Shown: positions 38,967 to 48,995, counted from the stretch's first letter. The stretch is DNA of 64,000 nucleotides from Dehalococcoidia bacterium (GCA_965116945.1 OZ220734.1:65257-129256); one strand, 5' to 3'. A program made the numbers and translations. The notes: generated by a model not told the origin, from the sequence alone.

Positions 38967-39974
38967 ATGAAGGCTCAGAGAATCATCTCCACCATAGACT
39001 CCCATACCGCCGGTGAACGAACCCGTATGATCACTGGCGGCCTTCCCAACATCCCAGGCGCCACCATGCCCGACAAACGGGAATACTTCACCCAGCATCA
39101 CGATTCCGTCCGAAAAGCCCTCACCCTCGAGCCCCGGGGCGATGCGGAGATCATTGTAGCTGCGATTACCGACCCAGTGAACGAAGACAGCGATATCGGC
39201 GTCCTGTTCATGGACTCCCTCGGCTTCGAAGGCATGTGCGGCCATGGCACCATCGGCATCGTCACCACCCTTATAGAGACCGGCCAGATCACCCCCGTCC
39301 ACCCTTATACCGAGGTCCGGCTCGACACCGTGACCGGCTCGGTCTACGCCCGTGCTGCCGTCGACCACGAGGGAAACGTGAAGGAAGTGACCCTCCGAAA
39401 CGTCCCTTCCTTTGTCTATATGCAGGACACCCAGGTCAATTTTGACGGCGGCAAAGTTCTCACCGATATCGTCTACGGCGGCAACTTCTTCGCCATTCTG
39501 CCCGTTGAACGACTGGGCCTTGAGCTGGTCCCGAGCAACGTCAGCCGCCTCGTTGAGCGCGGTATCGCCTTCCGGGACGCCGCCCGAGACCAGCTTGAAA
39601 TCCGCCATCCCACGGAGCCCGGCATCAACCCCCTGCACGGCGTGGAGATGTACGTCGACAACCCCTCCCCCGGTATCCACGCCCGCAATATTATGACCTT
39701 CGCTCAGCGTTCCTTCGACAGATCACCCTGCGGCACCGGCACCTCCGCCCGGCTGGCCCTCCTTCACGCGCAGGGCCGCATTGGCATAGGCGAGGAGTTC
39801 ATCCACGAAAGCATTCTCGGCACGGTGTTCAAGAGTAGGATTGTAGAAGAGGGAAGGGTGAACGGCTATCCGGCGATCATTCCCGAGGTCACTGGGTCGG
39901 CCTACCTCACCGGGTCACACCAGTTCTTCATCGACCCCCGTGACCCCCTGAAAGAGGGTTTTCTCTTTAGTTAG
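38967..39974 (+). CDS. Proline racemase family protein (proline racemase / 4-hydroxyproline 2-epimerase type, Cys-Cys catalytic pair)
   Basis: SLGFEGMCGHGTIG and DRSPCGTGTSA. Both catalytic positions are Cys. Confidence 0.8.
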   Translation: MKAQRIISTIDSHTAGERTRMITGGLPNIPGATMPDKREYFTQHHDSVRKALTLEPRGDAEIIVAAITDPVNEDSDIGVLFMDSLGFEGMCGHGTIGIVTTLIETGQITPVHPYTEVRLDTVTGSVYARAAVDHEGNVKEVTLRNVPSFVYMQDTQVNFDGGKVLTDIVYGGNFFAILPVERLGLELVPSNVSRLVERGIAFRDAARDQLEIRHPTEPGINPLHGVEMYVDNPSPGIHARNIMTFAQRSFDRSPCGTGTSARLALLHAQGRIGIGEEFIHESILGTVFKSRIVEEGRVNGYPAIIPEVTGSAYLTGSHQFFIDPRDPLKEGFLFS

Positions 39975-39999
39975 TCGGGTCGCCACCCATTAGGACTCG

Positions 40000-40308
40000 T
40001 TAGCTATCCAGCAACGCGTCCCACGGGTTGACGAAAGTCCTGACGGTCGCGGGCCCTTCGAGAAGCGGTTCTAGCGATTTGGCGGATGCCCGGTGCTCCG
40101 GGCTGGTGTCCCACTTCTGCCAATCTTCCCTGGAGTGCCACGTGCTGACGATGATCACCGTCTGGTTGTCTGCCGTGTCCGCCAGGGTCTCCCCCGACAC
40201 ATAGCCTGGAAAAGTAGTGGCTTGCTTTCGCATCTCCAGGATCTTGTCCGCCGCCTCGGACTCGTGGCCCTCTTTGATGTGTCTCTCGATTAGCACTCGT
40301 ACAAGCAT
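40000..40308 (-). CDS. Antibiotic-biosynthesis-monooxygenase (ABM/Dabb) domain protein
   Basis: ~100-aa ferredoxin-like fold pattern: MLVRVLIERHIKEGHE...FPGYVSGETL...VIIVSTWHSREDWQKW. Confidence 0.55.
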   Translation of the reverse strand: MLVRVLIERHIKEGHESEAADKILEMRKQATTFPGYVSGETLADTADNQTVIIVSTWHSREDWQKWDTSPEHRASAKSLEPLLEGPATVRTFVNPWDALLDS

Positions 40309-40469
40309 GGTCTCATCTCCCTCTAGGCTGAGGCCTCTGCCAGGATAAAAAGGGCCTCCCGATACCGTTTACTCCGACTTGCGTGTCTACAGGAATCTCG
40401 CATAGATCTAAGATCTCCCCCTGACATCCCCATTATATCAAGGACGAACGAATCAAAACGGTGTGGGCC

Positions 40470-40901
40470 CTAGCCAAACAGTCCACCCCTCTTCTTCCCA
40501 AGCTTGGACAGAAAACCAAACCACTGTGCCTCTGCCTTCGACTTCCGGTCCAGGTCCTTGATGCGCTGCTTCATGATCTCTATAACCCGCTTGTCCTCAC
40601 CCTTGTCCAGCCAGTACCCGTGCTCTTCCTTGCACGTGTCTATCGGCAGGTTGTAGGCCCGGTAGTTGAAGGTCGTCATCCGAGCCGAGCACACTGGGCA
40701 ATCGATTTCGCTCCCCCGAGGGTTGTACTCCATCATCCCCTTAAGCTCATCCTTGTCGAACGCTGTGTCTTCCAGCTGGTCCAACTCGACATGGTCCAGC
40801 CAGAGTCCTTCGCACCGGGGACACCTGTCAATCTCGATCCCCTTGTGCTGTTCGATATCCAATCCGACGTCGCACCTGGGACAGTTGATATTAGCTTTCA
40901 A
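40470..40901 (-). CDS. Zinc-ribbon (zf-TFIIB-like) domain protein
   Basis: Three CPxC-type pairs (NCPRCDV...RCPRCEGLW; IDCPVCSARM). Confidence 0.5.
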   Translation of the reverse strand: MKANINCPRCDVGLDIEQHKGIEIDRCPRCEGLWLDHVELDQLEDTAFDKDELKGMMEYNPRGSEIDCPVCSARMTTFNYRAYNLPIDTCKEEHGYWLDKGEDKRVIEIMKQRIKDLDRKSKAEAQWFGFLSKLGKKRGGLFG

Positions 40902-40910
40902 TTTGGCCGC

Positions 40911-41270
40911 CTATTCCACTATCTCCGTTTCCATCGCCGGGTTGATGGAAATGTGAGAGAACGCTGAATGCTTCGTAGCCCCGTGCCAATGCACTTCTCC
41001 CGGTGGAACGTGGATCACCATACCTGGTGTCATAACCTGTTCATGCTCCCTGGTCGCAACAATCCCCTCCCCCTCCGTGGCCAGAAGGACCTGGTCGTTG
41101 GTGTGAGTATGGAACTTGGTCCGCGCCCCCGCCGCAAAATGCACGTGCAACATGTTGAGGGTGTCGGTGTGCTCCGTGCTCACTAGTGGTTGGACCTTGA
41201 CCTCTCCCCCCGTGAATATGGGCATGGTGCTTATCTGCTTGGCGATGTTTCCAGGGTCTATGACGTTCAT
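40911..41270 (-). CDS. Cupin domain protein
   Basis: HFAAGARTKFHTHTNDQVLLATEGEG ... PPGEVHWHGA cupin motifs. Confidence 0.7.
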   Translation of the reverse strand: MNVIDPGNIAKQISTMPIFTGGEVKVQPLVSTEHTDTLNMLHVHFAAGARTKFHTHTNDQVLLATEGEGIVATREHEQVMTPGMVIHVPPGEVHWHGATKHSAFSHISINPAMETEIVE

Positions 41271-41329
41271 GTTTCCTCCGAAAAAAAGACTACGGGGTCA
41301 CTTCGATGATATCACACCGGGCCTTACCG

Positions 41330-42070
41330 TCATTCCGCCCCCGAGCCGGCTGCAAGTGCGCCCAATGCGTGAATCCATCCCACGAGGTAGAGTAGGGAGC
41401 TCTCCCTCTCTCGTAGGGGCATCCCTCATGGGCGCCCTCCCCGGTGCGGGGCCACTCATGCTGAGCCCCGTCGAAGTACGAGCGGAGAGGGGTGTCTTGT
41501 CCCCATCCCCCCAGTACTGAACTAGAGGCAGACGCATGTGCGTTGCACATGCGTCTGCCTCTGTTCTTATCTCCCCCTCTCCCTTCATGGCCCTAAGGGT
41601 CGAAGATGTCGCAGATGCGCCTTTGGCGTGCGCCGGGCTGAAAGTCCGCCTTTGGCGGAGCGTGAGAGGGGGACCAAGGGGGTGAGGGTTCCCCTGGGGG
41701 GTGGGGGTTATTCCCCCTCCCCCTTTGCCCCAGTACCAAACTAGAGGGGAGCACCTGCGCCAAGGCGCAGGTGCTCCCCTCTGTTTTTTCCTCCCCCTCT
41801 CCCTTGATGGCCCTAAGGGTCGAAGATGCGCCTATGGCGTGAGAGGGGGATAAAGGGGGTGAGGGTTCCCTGGGGGTGGTGGGGCCCACCCCCCAAAACT
41901 GTGCCATTTGCCCCTTGACTCTACCTGAACACGCGTGCTAACTTTCTCCCACGTTCGAACACCAACCCTACTCACTTAAGGAGGAACCAATAACCCAGGG
42001 AAGCCCCCGAGACCCACCGGGTCCCGTGTCCCTTCCCTACCCAGGCGATGGATAGACGCTCTGGTTCGCT
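41330..42070. repeat. Modular non-coding repeat element, left copy, with internal partial duplication and perfect palindromes. Inverted partner at ~63020..63610.
   Basis: Two tandem units sharing cccagtac(c/t)(a/g)aactagagg-[palindrome]-cctctgtt...ctccccctctccctt(c/g)atggccctaagggtcgaagatg...gagagggggaNcaagggggtgagggttccc. Perfect palindromes at 41524..41562 and 41743..41782. Sub-modules (cgagccggctgcaagtgcgcc; gctgaaagtccgcc..tggcggagc; ttaaggaggaaccaa..cccagggaagccc) recur in reverse complement near 63.0-63.6 kb. Confidence 0.6.
41743..41789 (+). terminator. Terminator-like hairpin inside the repeat: 19-bp perfect stem, aa loop, followed by gtttttt
   Basis: agaggggagcacctgcgcc-aa-ggcgcaggtgctcccctct-gtttttt read directly. 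There is no upstream + strand gene, so it is probably a structural part of the repeat element or its RNA. Confidence 0.35.
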
Positions 42071-42711
42071 TTAGTTCCATGTGAAGCTCCTAACGGAGAA
42101 GCCGCTCTTTGTAGCGGAAGCGCGGTCGGACAGACCCGGCGCCGAGGTCCTCTCGGCACCCCGGCCGCTCAATAAAGCCGGGTGCCGGTGGTCCCCCGCA
42201 CTTCCGGGTCGCACCGGCAAACTGGATACACTACTACGCCTGCAAGAGGCTCTGCATCGGACGCTGGAAGAGCCTCCTTACCGCCCTAGTGCGGTGCAGC
42301 CAACCCCAGGAAGTTGGGCACGGACCTGCTGGCCCTTAGGGTTCCTGCCCAAGTCCAGCGTATTTAGGGCCACAGGCCGCATAGCGGCATAAGCGGGCCG
42401 GCGCCCCTGCCCCGGGGCGTCGAATAACCCGAAGCACAGGAACGGGGCAGCGTCCCGGAAGCGTCTTCCATCGCCGACCCAAAACCCAAAAGAACAATCG
42501 AAACCCCACCCCCACAATCGAAGATGGAACATCCGCCTTGGGCGGGTCCGCCTCAGGAGGACCGAATAACCCGGCCCCCGGTCATTTGACATTCCCCAAG
42601 TGCACAGATAGACTCGCCCCCATCCGGATGCATGCCCTTTTGGATCCACCGCTTGTGACCCTGCACCTGACCTTGACTACTCTACGGTAACTGCCTTTCC
42701 CGGAGATATCA

Positions 42712-43911
42712 TTGGTCTACCTTTCCACCGAAACCCCTGTCCAGCGTTGCCTCGAAGACGCACTGGATGGTAGGCCCGTATCCAGGGGAGATGCTTACCG
42801 TCTGATCCGGGCCCAGGGCCCTGAAATTCCCGCTCTCCTTGCCGGTGCGGCCAGGCTGACTGAAATGGCCAAGGGGCGTAGGGTAGCCTACTCACGCAAG
42901 GTCTTTATCCCTCTAACCAACCTCTGCCGAGACCGCTGCGGTTACTGCACTTTCGTCAAAGGCCCTAAGCATCCGGACGCCAAGACCATGACTCCCGACG
43001 AAGTCCTTGCCGTCGCCAAGGCCGGTCGACGCGCGGGATGCAAGGAAGCCCTGTTTAGCCTTGGTGAGAAACCCGAAGATGTACACCGCGTGGCTCGTAC
43101 CCATCTTCAGGAGTTTGGCTATCCCTCCATGACCGACTACCTGGTAGACATGTGCAAACTTGTCTTCGAGGAGACCGGTCTATTCCCACACTCCAACTCC
43201 GGTGTCCTTGAACCCGAGGAAGTAGCCCGCCTCCGGGAAGTAACTGTCAGCATGGGCCTCATGCTGGAGAACGCCAGCCCCAGACTCCTTGAAAGAGGAC
43301 AGGCCCACTTTGGCAGTATTGGCAAAGACCCTCGCATCCGCCTGGAAACCATGCGCTATGCCGGAGAGTTGAGGGTCCCTTTCACCACCGGCATGCTCAT
43401 TGGAATCGGCGAAACCATCGACGAACGCGTTGATACCCTCTTCGCCATAAAGGACCTCCAGGATGAATACGGTCACATCCAGGAAGTCATTATCCAGAAC
43501 TTTCGCGCCAAGCCCGACACCCGCATGAGGGCCTACGGAGAACCTTCGGCTGTGGACATGGCCGTCACCATCGCCGTAGCCCGGCTGGTCCTGGGACCCG
43601 ACATGAACATCCAGGCTCCCCCCAACCTCACCGCCGACGCCTACCAGTTCTACCTGGCTTCCGGCATCAACGACTGGGGTGGAATCTCACCTGTCACCAA
43701 GGACTTCATAAACCCGGAAAAAGCCTGGCCTATGATCACGGAGTTGAAGGAGCGCACCGGAGCTCTCGGTTACGAACTACGAGAGAGACTCGCCATCTAC
43801 CCCGAATACATCATGGAAAAACACGGATACCTGAACCCCATCATGGAGGCCTCCGTACTCGGCCTCGTAGACGGGGACGGCTACGTTAAGAATGAGGAGA
43901 CCCGATGGTAA
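42712..43911 (+). CDS. cofG: 7,8-didemethyl-8-hydroxy-5-deazariboflavin (Fo) synthase subunit CofG (radical SAM), TTG start
   Basis: CRDRCGYCTF CxxxCxxC radical-SAM cluster motif plus CofG-like context. ggaga SD lies 6 nt upstream of the TTG. Confidence 0.85.
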   Translation: MVYLSTETPVQRCLEDALDGRPVSRGDAYRLIRAQGPEIPALLAGAARLTEMAKGRRVAYSRKVFIPLTNLCRDRCGYCTFVKGPKHPDAKTMTPDEVLAVAKAGRRAGCKEALFSLGEKPEDVHRVARTHLQEFGYPSMTDYLVDMCKLVFEETGLFPHSNSGVLEPEEVARLREVTVSMGLMLENASPRLLERGQAHFGSIGKDPRIRLETMRYAGELRVPFTTGMLIGIGETIDERVDTLFAIKDLQDEYGHIQEVIIQNFRAKPDTRMRAYGEPSAVDMAVTIAVARLVLGPDMNIQAPPNLTADAYQFYLASGINDWGGISPVTKDFINPEKAWPMITELKERTGALGYELRERLAIYPEYIMEKHGYLNPIMEASVLGLVDGDGYVKNEETRW

Positions 43912-45071
43912 TTGATGCCGCATTGCCCGGCGCCCTTGAGTCCGGTATCGACAGGCTTATGTCGGTGATCGAACCGGAGACCGCTCGAATTCTCGATAAG
44001 GCCCTGAATAGCTACGATATTGATGTGGATGAGGCCATTACCCTCTTTTCCGCCACCGACCTTGAACTTCACGCCCTCTGTGCCACCGCCAACGAACTCC
44101 GAAAGCGCACAGTCGGCGATATGGTCACCTTTGTGACCGTGCGCAACATCAACTTCACCAACGTTTGCTATACCGGCTGCAAGTTCTGTGCCTTCGCCAA
44201 GCACTTCGGCGACGAGGAAGCCGAGACCCTCACCATTGAGCAGGTCGCCGACCGTGCTGAGGAAGCCTGGGAGGCCGGTGCTACTGAGGTGTGTATGCAG
44301 GGTGGACTCCACCCCAAGATGACCGGCTTCGAATACCGCGACATGGTCATCGCCATCAAGGAGCGGGTGCCGAACATCCACATCCACGCCTTCTCTCCAT
44401 TCGAAGTCCAGTACGGCAGCAAGAAGACCGGCCTCAGCATCCGGGACTTCCTTCTTATGGTTAAAGAAGTCGGACTGGGCTCTATACCCGGCACTGCCGC
44501 CGAGATTTTGGATACCGATATACGCCAGCGCCTCACCAAGAACAAGCTCAGCGCCGAGAAATGGGCCGAGGTCATCAAGACCGCCCACGATGTCGGTCTG
44601 CCATCCACCTCAACCATCATGTATGGACACATAGATGCCCCTGTTCACTGGGCCAACCACATCGCACTTATCCGGGACATCCAGAAGGAGACCGGCGGCA
44701 TCACTGAGTTTGTACCCTTGGGCTTCGTCCACTGGGATTCACCACTGTATCAGCAGGGTGGCGTGAGGCCTGGTCCTACGGGAATGGAAGACCTCAGGAT
44801 GCACGCCATCTCCCGGATCATGCTTAACAACTGGATAAAGAACATCCAGGTCTCTTGGGTAAAACTTGGCCAGAAATTCGCCCAGGTTTGCCTAAACGCC
44901 GGCGCTAACGATTTCGGCGGCACCCTGATGAACGAAAAGATATCCCGGTCTGCTGGCGCTCCCTATGGTCAGTACATGTCTCCCGAGGAATTCACCCGAC
45001 TGATTAGAGACATTGGCCGGGTCCCGGCCCAACGCACCACGTCATACGACATCATCAGGGTGTTCGAATAG
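43905..45071 (+). CDS. cofH: Fo synthase subunit CofH (radical SAM)
   Basis: NINFTNVCYTGCKFCAF CxxxCxxC motif. Overlaps cofG by 7 nt. 388 aa. Confidence 0.85.
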   Translation: MVIDAALPGALESGIDRLMSVIEPETARILDKALNSYDIDVDEAITLFSATDLELHALCATANELRKRTVGDMVTFVTVRNINFTNVCYTGCKFCAFAKHFGDEEAETLTIEQVADRAEEAWEAGATEVCMQGGLHPKMTGFEYRDMVIAIKERVPNIHIHAFSPFEVQYGSKKTGLSIRDFLLMVKEVGLGSIPGTAAEILDTDIRQRLTKNKLSAEKWAEVIKTAHDVGLPSTSTIMYGHIDAPVHWANHIALIRDIQKETGGITEFVPLGFVHWDSPLYQQGGVRPGPTGMEDLRMHAISRIMLNNWIKNIQVSWVKLGQKFAQVCLNAGANDFGGTLMNEKISRSAGAPYGQYMSPEEFTRLIRDIGRVPAQRTTSYDIIRVFE

Positions 45072-45096
45072 CTTCCCCTACCCGGAGGTCTGAAAC

Positions 45097-45612
45097 ATGA
45101 GAGTCGAAGCTAAGCTCGCCGAGTTGGGAATAACCTTGCCGGACTACTCCAAAGAAGGCTATCCCGGCGCTACCTTCGGCACCATGAAGTCCCACCACCG
45201 GGTAGGCAACGTCCTCTATCTCAGCGGCCACCTTCCCTGGAAGGACGGCGGCCCGACCGCCATAGGCACCCTTGGTAAAGACGTGACCATTGAGGAAGGC
45301 TACGAAGCCGCCCGACTCACCGCCATACACTGCTTTGCGGGAATCAAATACGCTATCGGAGACCTCGATAAGATTGTCGCCATAGTCCGTTCACTTAACT
45401 TTGTAGTATGCACCCCGGAATTCACAGACGTAAATAAGGTTTCCAGCGGCGCTACGGACCTGTTCGTAGAAGTGCTGGGTGAAGAGAGGGGCCTTGGGGG
45501 TCGGGCAACCATCGGTGTAACCAGCCTCTCCAGTGGTGTCTGCTTCGAAAACTGGCTCACGGTAGAAGTTCAGGAAGAATACATCCCCGACGAACTCGGC
45601 CCCGACCAGTAG
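45097..45612 (+). CDS. RidA/YjgF-like family protein
   Basis: MRVEAKLAELGITLP N-terminus and ~170 aa length are typical of the RidA-family subgroup. Moderate confidence. Confidence 0.5.
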   Translation: MRVEAKLAELGITLPDYSKEGYPGATFGTMKSHHRVGNVLYLSGHLPWKDGGPTAIGTLGKDVTIEEGYEAARLTAIHCFAGIKYAIGDLDKIVAIVRSLNFVVCTPEFTDVNKVSSGATDLFVEVLGEERGLGGRATIGVTSLSSGVCFENWLTVEVQEEYIPDELGPDQ

Positions 45613-45790
45613 CTTTCATCTCAACAACCTGCCAGGAAAGGGTCGGGATGAGGGCTGGGTCCATGGTCTCTTGCGTCTGCATTGTCTGCAGGCCGAAGGG
45701 ATTTCAATGCATGCAGCCCCCATACGCTTGCCCTTTATGACAGTGATAGAATCATAGCCATCCTCCTCAGGTAAGGTCAGGACTACTGCA

Positions 45791-46996
45791 TTGCACGATC
45801 AGGCGCTAAGTGACCTGCGGGTTCTGGACTTCAGCCGGCGTATCCCTGGACACGTCTGTACAAAACTCCTGGCCGACTTTGGGGCTGACGTCATCCTTGT
45901 AGAACCCCCCGTCGGAGATCCGACCCGCTCCTCGAATCCCTTCATAGATGACCTGCCAGATCTCGAGAACAGTGGATACTTCCGCTACCTCAACAACAAC
46001 AAGCGCGGGATAACCCTGGATCCCGAGACAGACACCGGGGCAAGGCTCTTCTTGGAACTCGTAGAGTGGGCGGACCTCGTCGTAGAGACCTTCGCCCCTT
46101 CCACCCTCCCCTCCCTCGGCTTGGGATACGAAACAATGAAGGAGCGAAACCCTAAAATAGTACTCACCTCAGTAACAAACTTCGGGCAAAGCGGCCCCTA
46201 CAGCGAATACCTCGCCTCGGAGGCGATTTATTACGCCATGTCAGGTCTGATGTACGTCACGGGCCTCGACTCCCGGGAGCCTGTGAAACTGGGGGCGAAC
46301 GTTATCCAGTTCCACGCCGGCATAATGAGCGCCCTTCATTCTATGATCGCTCTACGGGGCACGGCATCAAGGGGTGTTGGAGAGCACGTCGACGAGTCTA
46401 TCCAGGAACTTCAAGCGGGCAGCATAGACCGAACCTCTGCAATGTTGCTGGCCTTTCAGTACACGGGATTCTTAACCCGGCGTGAGAACTTTGAAGGCGG
46501 AGGAGGGTCTGTCCACCAGTGTAAAGACGGCTACCTGAACATGTTCCCGGATGCCACCATGATCCCTAAAGGGTTGAACATGCTAGGAATGTCCGAGTTG
46601 ATGGAAGAGCCACTCTTCTCGACCATGGAAGCTCGATCCATGCCAGAAAGCCACGAGTATTTCGATGCCCTGCTTGATCCATGGCTTTTGGAGCGTCCTG
46701 TAACACAAGCCTTCGTCGCCGCCCAGGACGCACGCATTCTCTCAGGGCCGGTATACAACTCTGCCCTCCTCACCGCCGACCCCAACTTCAGCGCCCGGGC
46801 TTACTGGCCCACCGTTGAAAGATCACCCGGCGATATGGTGCGCATTCCGGGCAAGTCTTTCCAGATGTCCGGGGGCCCATGGACCATCTGCCGCCCCGCC
46901 CCCACCCTGGGCCAACATAACTCGGAAGTATACGGTGGCATCCTTGGCTTCTCTAGAGAAGAGCTTTCTATGTTGAAACAGGTTGGAGTCATCTAA
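45791..46996 (+). CDS. CoA-transferase family III (CaiB/BaiF-like), module gene A
   Basis: LSDLRVLDFSRRIPGHVCTKLLADFGADVILVEPPVGDPTR. The family-III N-terminal signature includes the catalytic Asp region. Confidence 0.85.
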   Translation: MHDQALSDLRVLDFSRRIPGHVCTKLLADFGADVILVEPPVGDPTRSSNPFIDDLPDLENSGYFRYLNNNKRGITLDPETDTGARLFLELVEWADLVVETFAPSTLPSLGLGYETMKERNPKIVLTSVTNFGQSGPYSEYLASEAIYYAMSGLMYVTGLDSREPVKLGANVIQFHAGIMSALHSMIALRGTASRGVGEHVDESIQELQAGSIDRTSAMLLAFQYTGFLTRRENFEGGGGSVHQCKDGYLNMFPDATMIPKGLNMLGMSELMEEPLFSTMEARSMPESHEYFDALLDPWLLERPVTQAFVAAQDARILSGPVYNSALLTADPNFSARAYWPTVERSPGDMVRIPGKSFQMSGGPWTICRPAPTLGQHNSEVYGGILGFSREELSMLKQVGVI

Positions 46997-48308
46997 CCCC
47001 GTGGGTAAGTCTAGTCTGCCCCTGGAAGGCATACGAGTCCTCGATATCACCCTGGTCTGGGCGGGTCCCTACGCGACTCAGATGCTCGCCGACTGGGGTG
47101 CCGAGGTAATCCGCCTGGAGCCCATCGACCACTTCCAGCCCCTGGCCCGAGGCCAACGTGCCCGGGTATCGAAAGCAGAAATTAACGCCGACGCCGATTG
47201 GCACAACGCCTACCCTAATTGGGACCCTACTGACATGCCCTGGAACAGGACCCCTTCCTTCAACGTCCATGCCCGCAACAAGAAGAGCATGACAGTTAAC
47301 CTGGGCGCACCGGGGGGGCAGGAGGTGTTCCGGAGGCTCCTCCATATCGCAGACGTGCTTATAGAGAATAACGTCCCCACTACAGCAGACAAGCTCGGAA
47401 TTTCCTATGATAGGGCCAGGGATATCAACCCGGGTTTCATCATGGTCCGAATGCCGGGCTTCGGCCTGCAGGGGCCCTACAGGACATACAGGACCCTTGG
47501 TAGCCACATTGATGGCGTTTCAGGGCACGCCAACCTGCGCGGCTATCCCGACCTTGGCCTGGAATTCCAGACCGACATCTTCTATAGCGATGCAGCGGGC
47601 GGCATAAACTGTGCCCTCGCTGTTTTGATGGCCCTGAGGCACCGACAGCGTACAGGCATGGGCCAGATGATAGAGCTCGCCCAGGTCGAAAACTTCACCT
47701 CTTATATAAGCGACGTGAACATGGACCGTTTGGTCAACGGTCGCATCCAACGCAGTGTCGGGAATCGACACCGCACAATGGTCCCCCATGGCTGTTACCC
47801 CTGTGCCGGAAAGGACGAATGGGTGGTCATCGCTGTCGAGAAAGAAGAGCAATGGGACGCCCTGTGTCGGGTGATGGGCAACCCTGGCTGGACCACCGAC
47901 AGAAAGTTCGCCAGCTACCTCAGCCGCTACGAGCACCAGGATGAGCTTGACCCCCTGATGTCTGACTGGACCCGCTCCCTTAACAAGGCTGATCTGATGT
48001 GCATCCTGCAGGAAGCCGGAGTGCCCTCGGGCCAAGTCTCCAATCACGCTGAGGTTACCGGTGACCGGCAACTGCGGGGCCGCAACTTCTTCCAGTGGGT
48101 GGACATGCCCGGCACAGGCATACACGAATATCCATCCATCATCGGACGCCTCTCCGAGACCCCTAACGCCATCCGCACACCCCCGCCCCGACTTGGCGAG
48201 CACAACGAATACGTCTACAAGCAACTCCTTGGCTATACTGACTCCGAGTACAGACAGTTAGAGGAAATGGGTCAGATAGGCAACGCATACCATGACCACG
48301 TGGGATGA
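46983..48308 (+). CDS. CoA-transferase family III (CaiB/BaiF-like), module gene B (overlaps gene A by 14 nt)
   Basis: LEGIRVLDITLVWAGPYATQMLADWGAEVIRLEP. 441 aa. Confidence 0.85.
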   Translation: MESSNPVGKSSLPLEGIRVLDITLVWAGPYATQMLADWGAEVIRLEPIDHFQPLARGQRARVSKAEINADADWHNAYPNWDPTDMPWNRTPSFNVHARNKKSMTVNLGAPGGQEVFRRLLHIADVLIENNVPTTADKLGISYDRARDINPGFIMVRMPGFGLQGPYRTYRTLGSHIDGVSGHANLRGYPDLGLEFQTDIFYSDAAGGINCALAVLMALRHRQRTGMGQMIELAQVENFTSYISDVNMDRLVNGRIQRSVGNRHRTMVPHGCYPCAGKDEWVVIAVEKEEQWDALCRVMGNPGWTTDRKFASYLSRYEHQDELDPLMSDWTRSLNKADLMCILQEAGVPSGQVSNHAEVTGDRQLRGRNFFQWVDMPGTGIHEYPSIIGRLSETPNAIRTPPPRLGEHNEYVYKQLLGYTDSEYRQLEEMGQIGNAYHDHVG

Positions 48309-48433
48309 CGCTCCGAGTGAGCATGTTCTCCAAGTCAATACCTTGTTCTTTACACGCACCCCCCGGAACGTATACTATCGTCGCCGAAATTGCGTAGGCA
48401 TTCCGGGCACGAACGCCAGCTGGAGGTGCAATA

Positions 48434-48676
48434 GTGGCCGACATCGATGAAATCGCCCCGACAGATTATCTGACCGAGGAACAGATCAAGAAAGGCTATT
48501 GGGTCCAGGAGACCTTTGGAAACCTGCAAGTCTGGCACCGCAAGAACCAGATAGCGCTTCTTATCATTACCCCCGACATCGAAGCCAAGGTACAGGACAT
48601 AGTTCTGGGCCGCATCCGTGAACTGCAGGAAGTCTTCGAAAAAACGGGTTGGAGACCCGAGGAAGACGAGGAATAA
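48434..48676 (+). CDS. Hypothetical small acidic protein
   Basis: 80-aa ORF with coding-like composition. No motif recognised. Confidence 0.3.
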   Translation: MADIDEIAPTDYLTEEQIKKGYWVQETFGNLQVWHRKNQIALLIITPDIEAKVQDIVLGRIRELQEVFEKTGWRPEEDEE

Positions 48677-48709
48677 CCCCCCCTGACCCTCTTTTCCAGG
48701 AGACCAATT

Positions 48710-48916
48710 ATGGCCATTTACGAATACTACTGCTCTGATTGCGGCAATGAATTCGAGCTAATGAGACCCATCAGCAAAGCCAGTGATCCTGCCCCCTGTC
48801 CCGCCTGTAATGCCAATGGCCAAAAGCTCATGTCCGCCGCCGCTTCCAAGGTGGACTACTACATTAGGACGCCCGCGAAGCCCGCTTTCCGGCAGCACCC
48901 TCCCGCAAAGAAATAG
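48710..48916 (+). CDS. FmdB-family zinc-ribbon protein
   Basis: MAIYEYYCSDCGNEFE...CPACN. Characteristic FmdB N-terminus and CxxC...CPxC. Confidence 0.6.
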   Translation: MAIYEYYCSDCGNEFELMRPISKASDPAPCPACNANGQKLMSAAASKVDYYIRTPAKPAFRQHPPAKK

Positions 48917-48995
48917 CCCGAACCAGTCGTATTTCCAAATACCTCGCATTTGTTGAATTTCAGCTACGGTTCTCTTAACAGATAAGGCGCATTAT

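Noticed and set aside
41626-41660. GAAAGTCCG-containing segment (gggctgaaagtccgcctttggcgg) resembling the RNase P RNA P4 core
   Set aside because: Only 9-10 nt match. The obligatory GGGCUCC partner, the ACAGAAAGUGCCACAG block and the overall RNase P architecture are absent. The motif belongs to the dispersed repeat (it recurs at ~63570).
41330-42070. CRISPR array hypothesis for the repeat-rich region
   Set aside because: The repeats are not short identical units separated by unique spacers of constant length. They are long, diverged modular copies with internal palindromes, and no cas genes are present.
42081-42392. 103-aa ORF inside the 1.4-kb repeat-rich non-coding region
   Set aside because: It lies in repeat and hairpin sequence, has no SD or motif, and its reading frame is not preserved in the inverted repeat copy.
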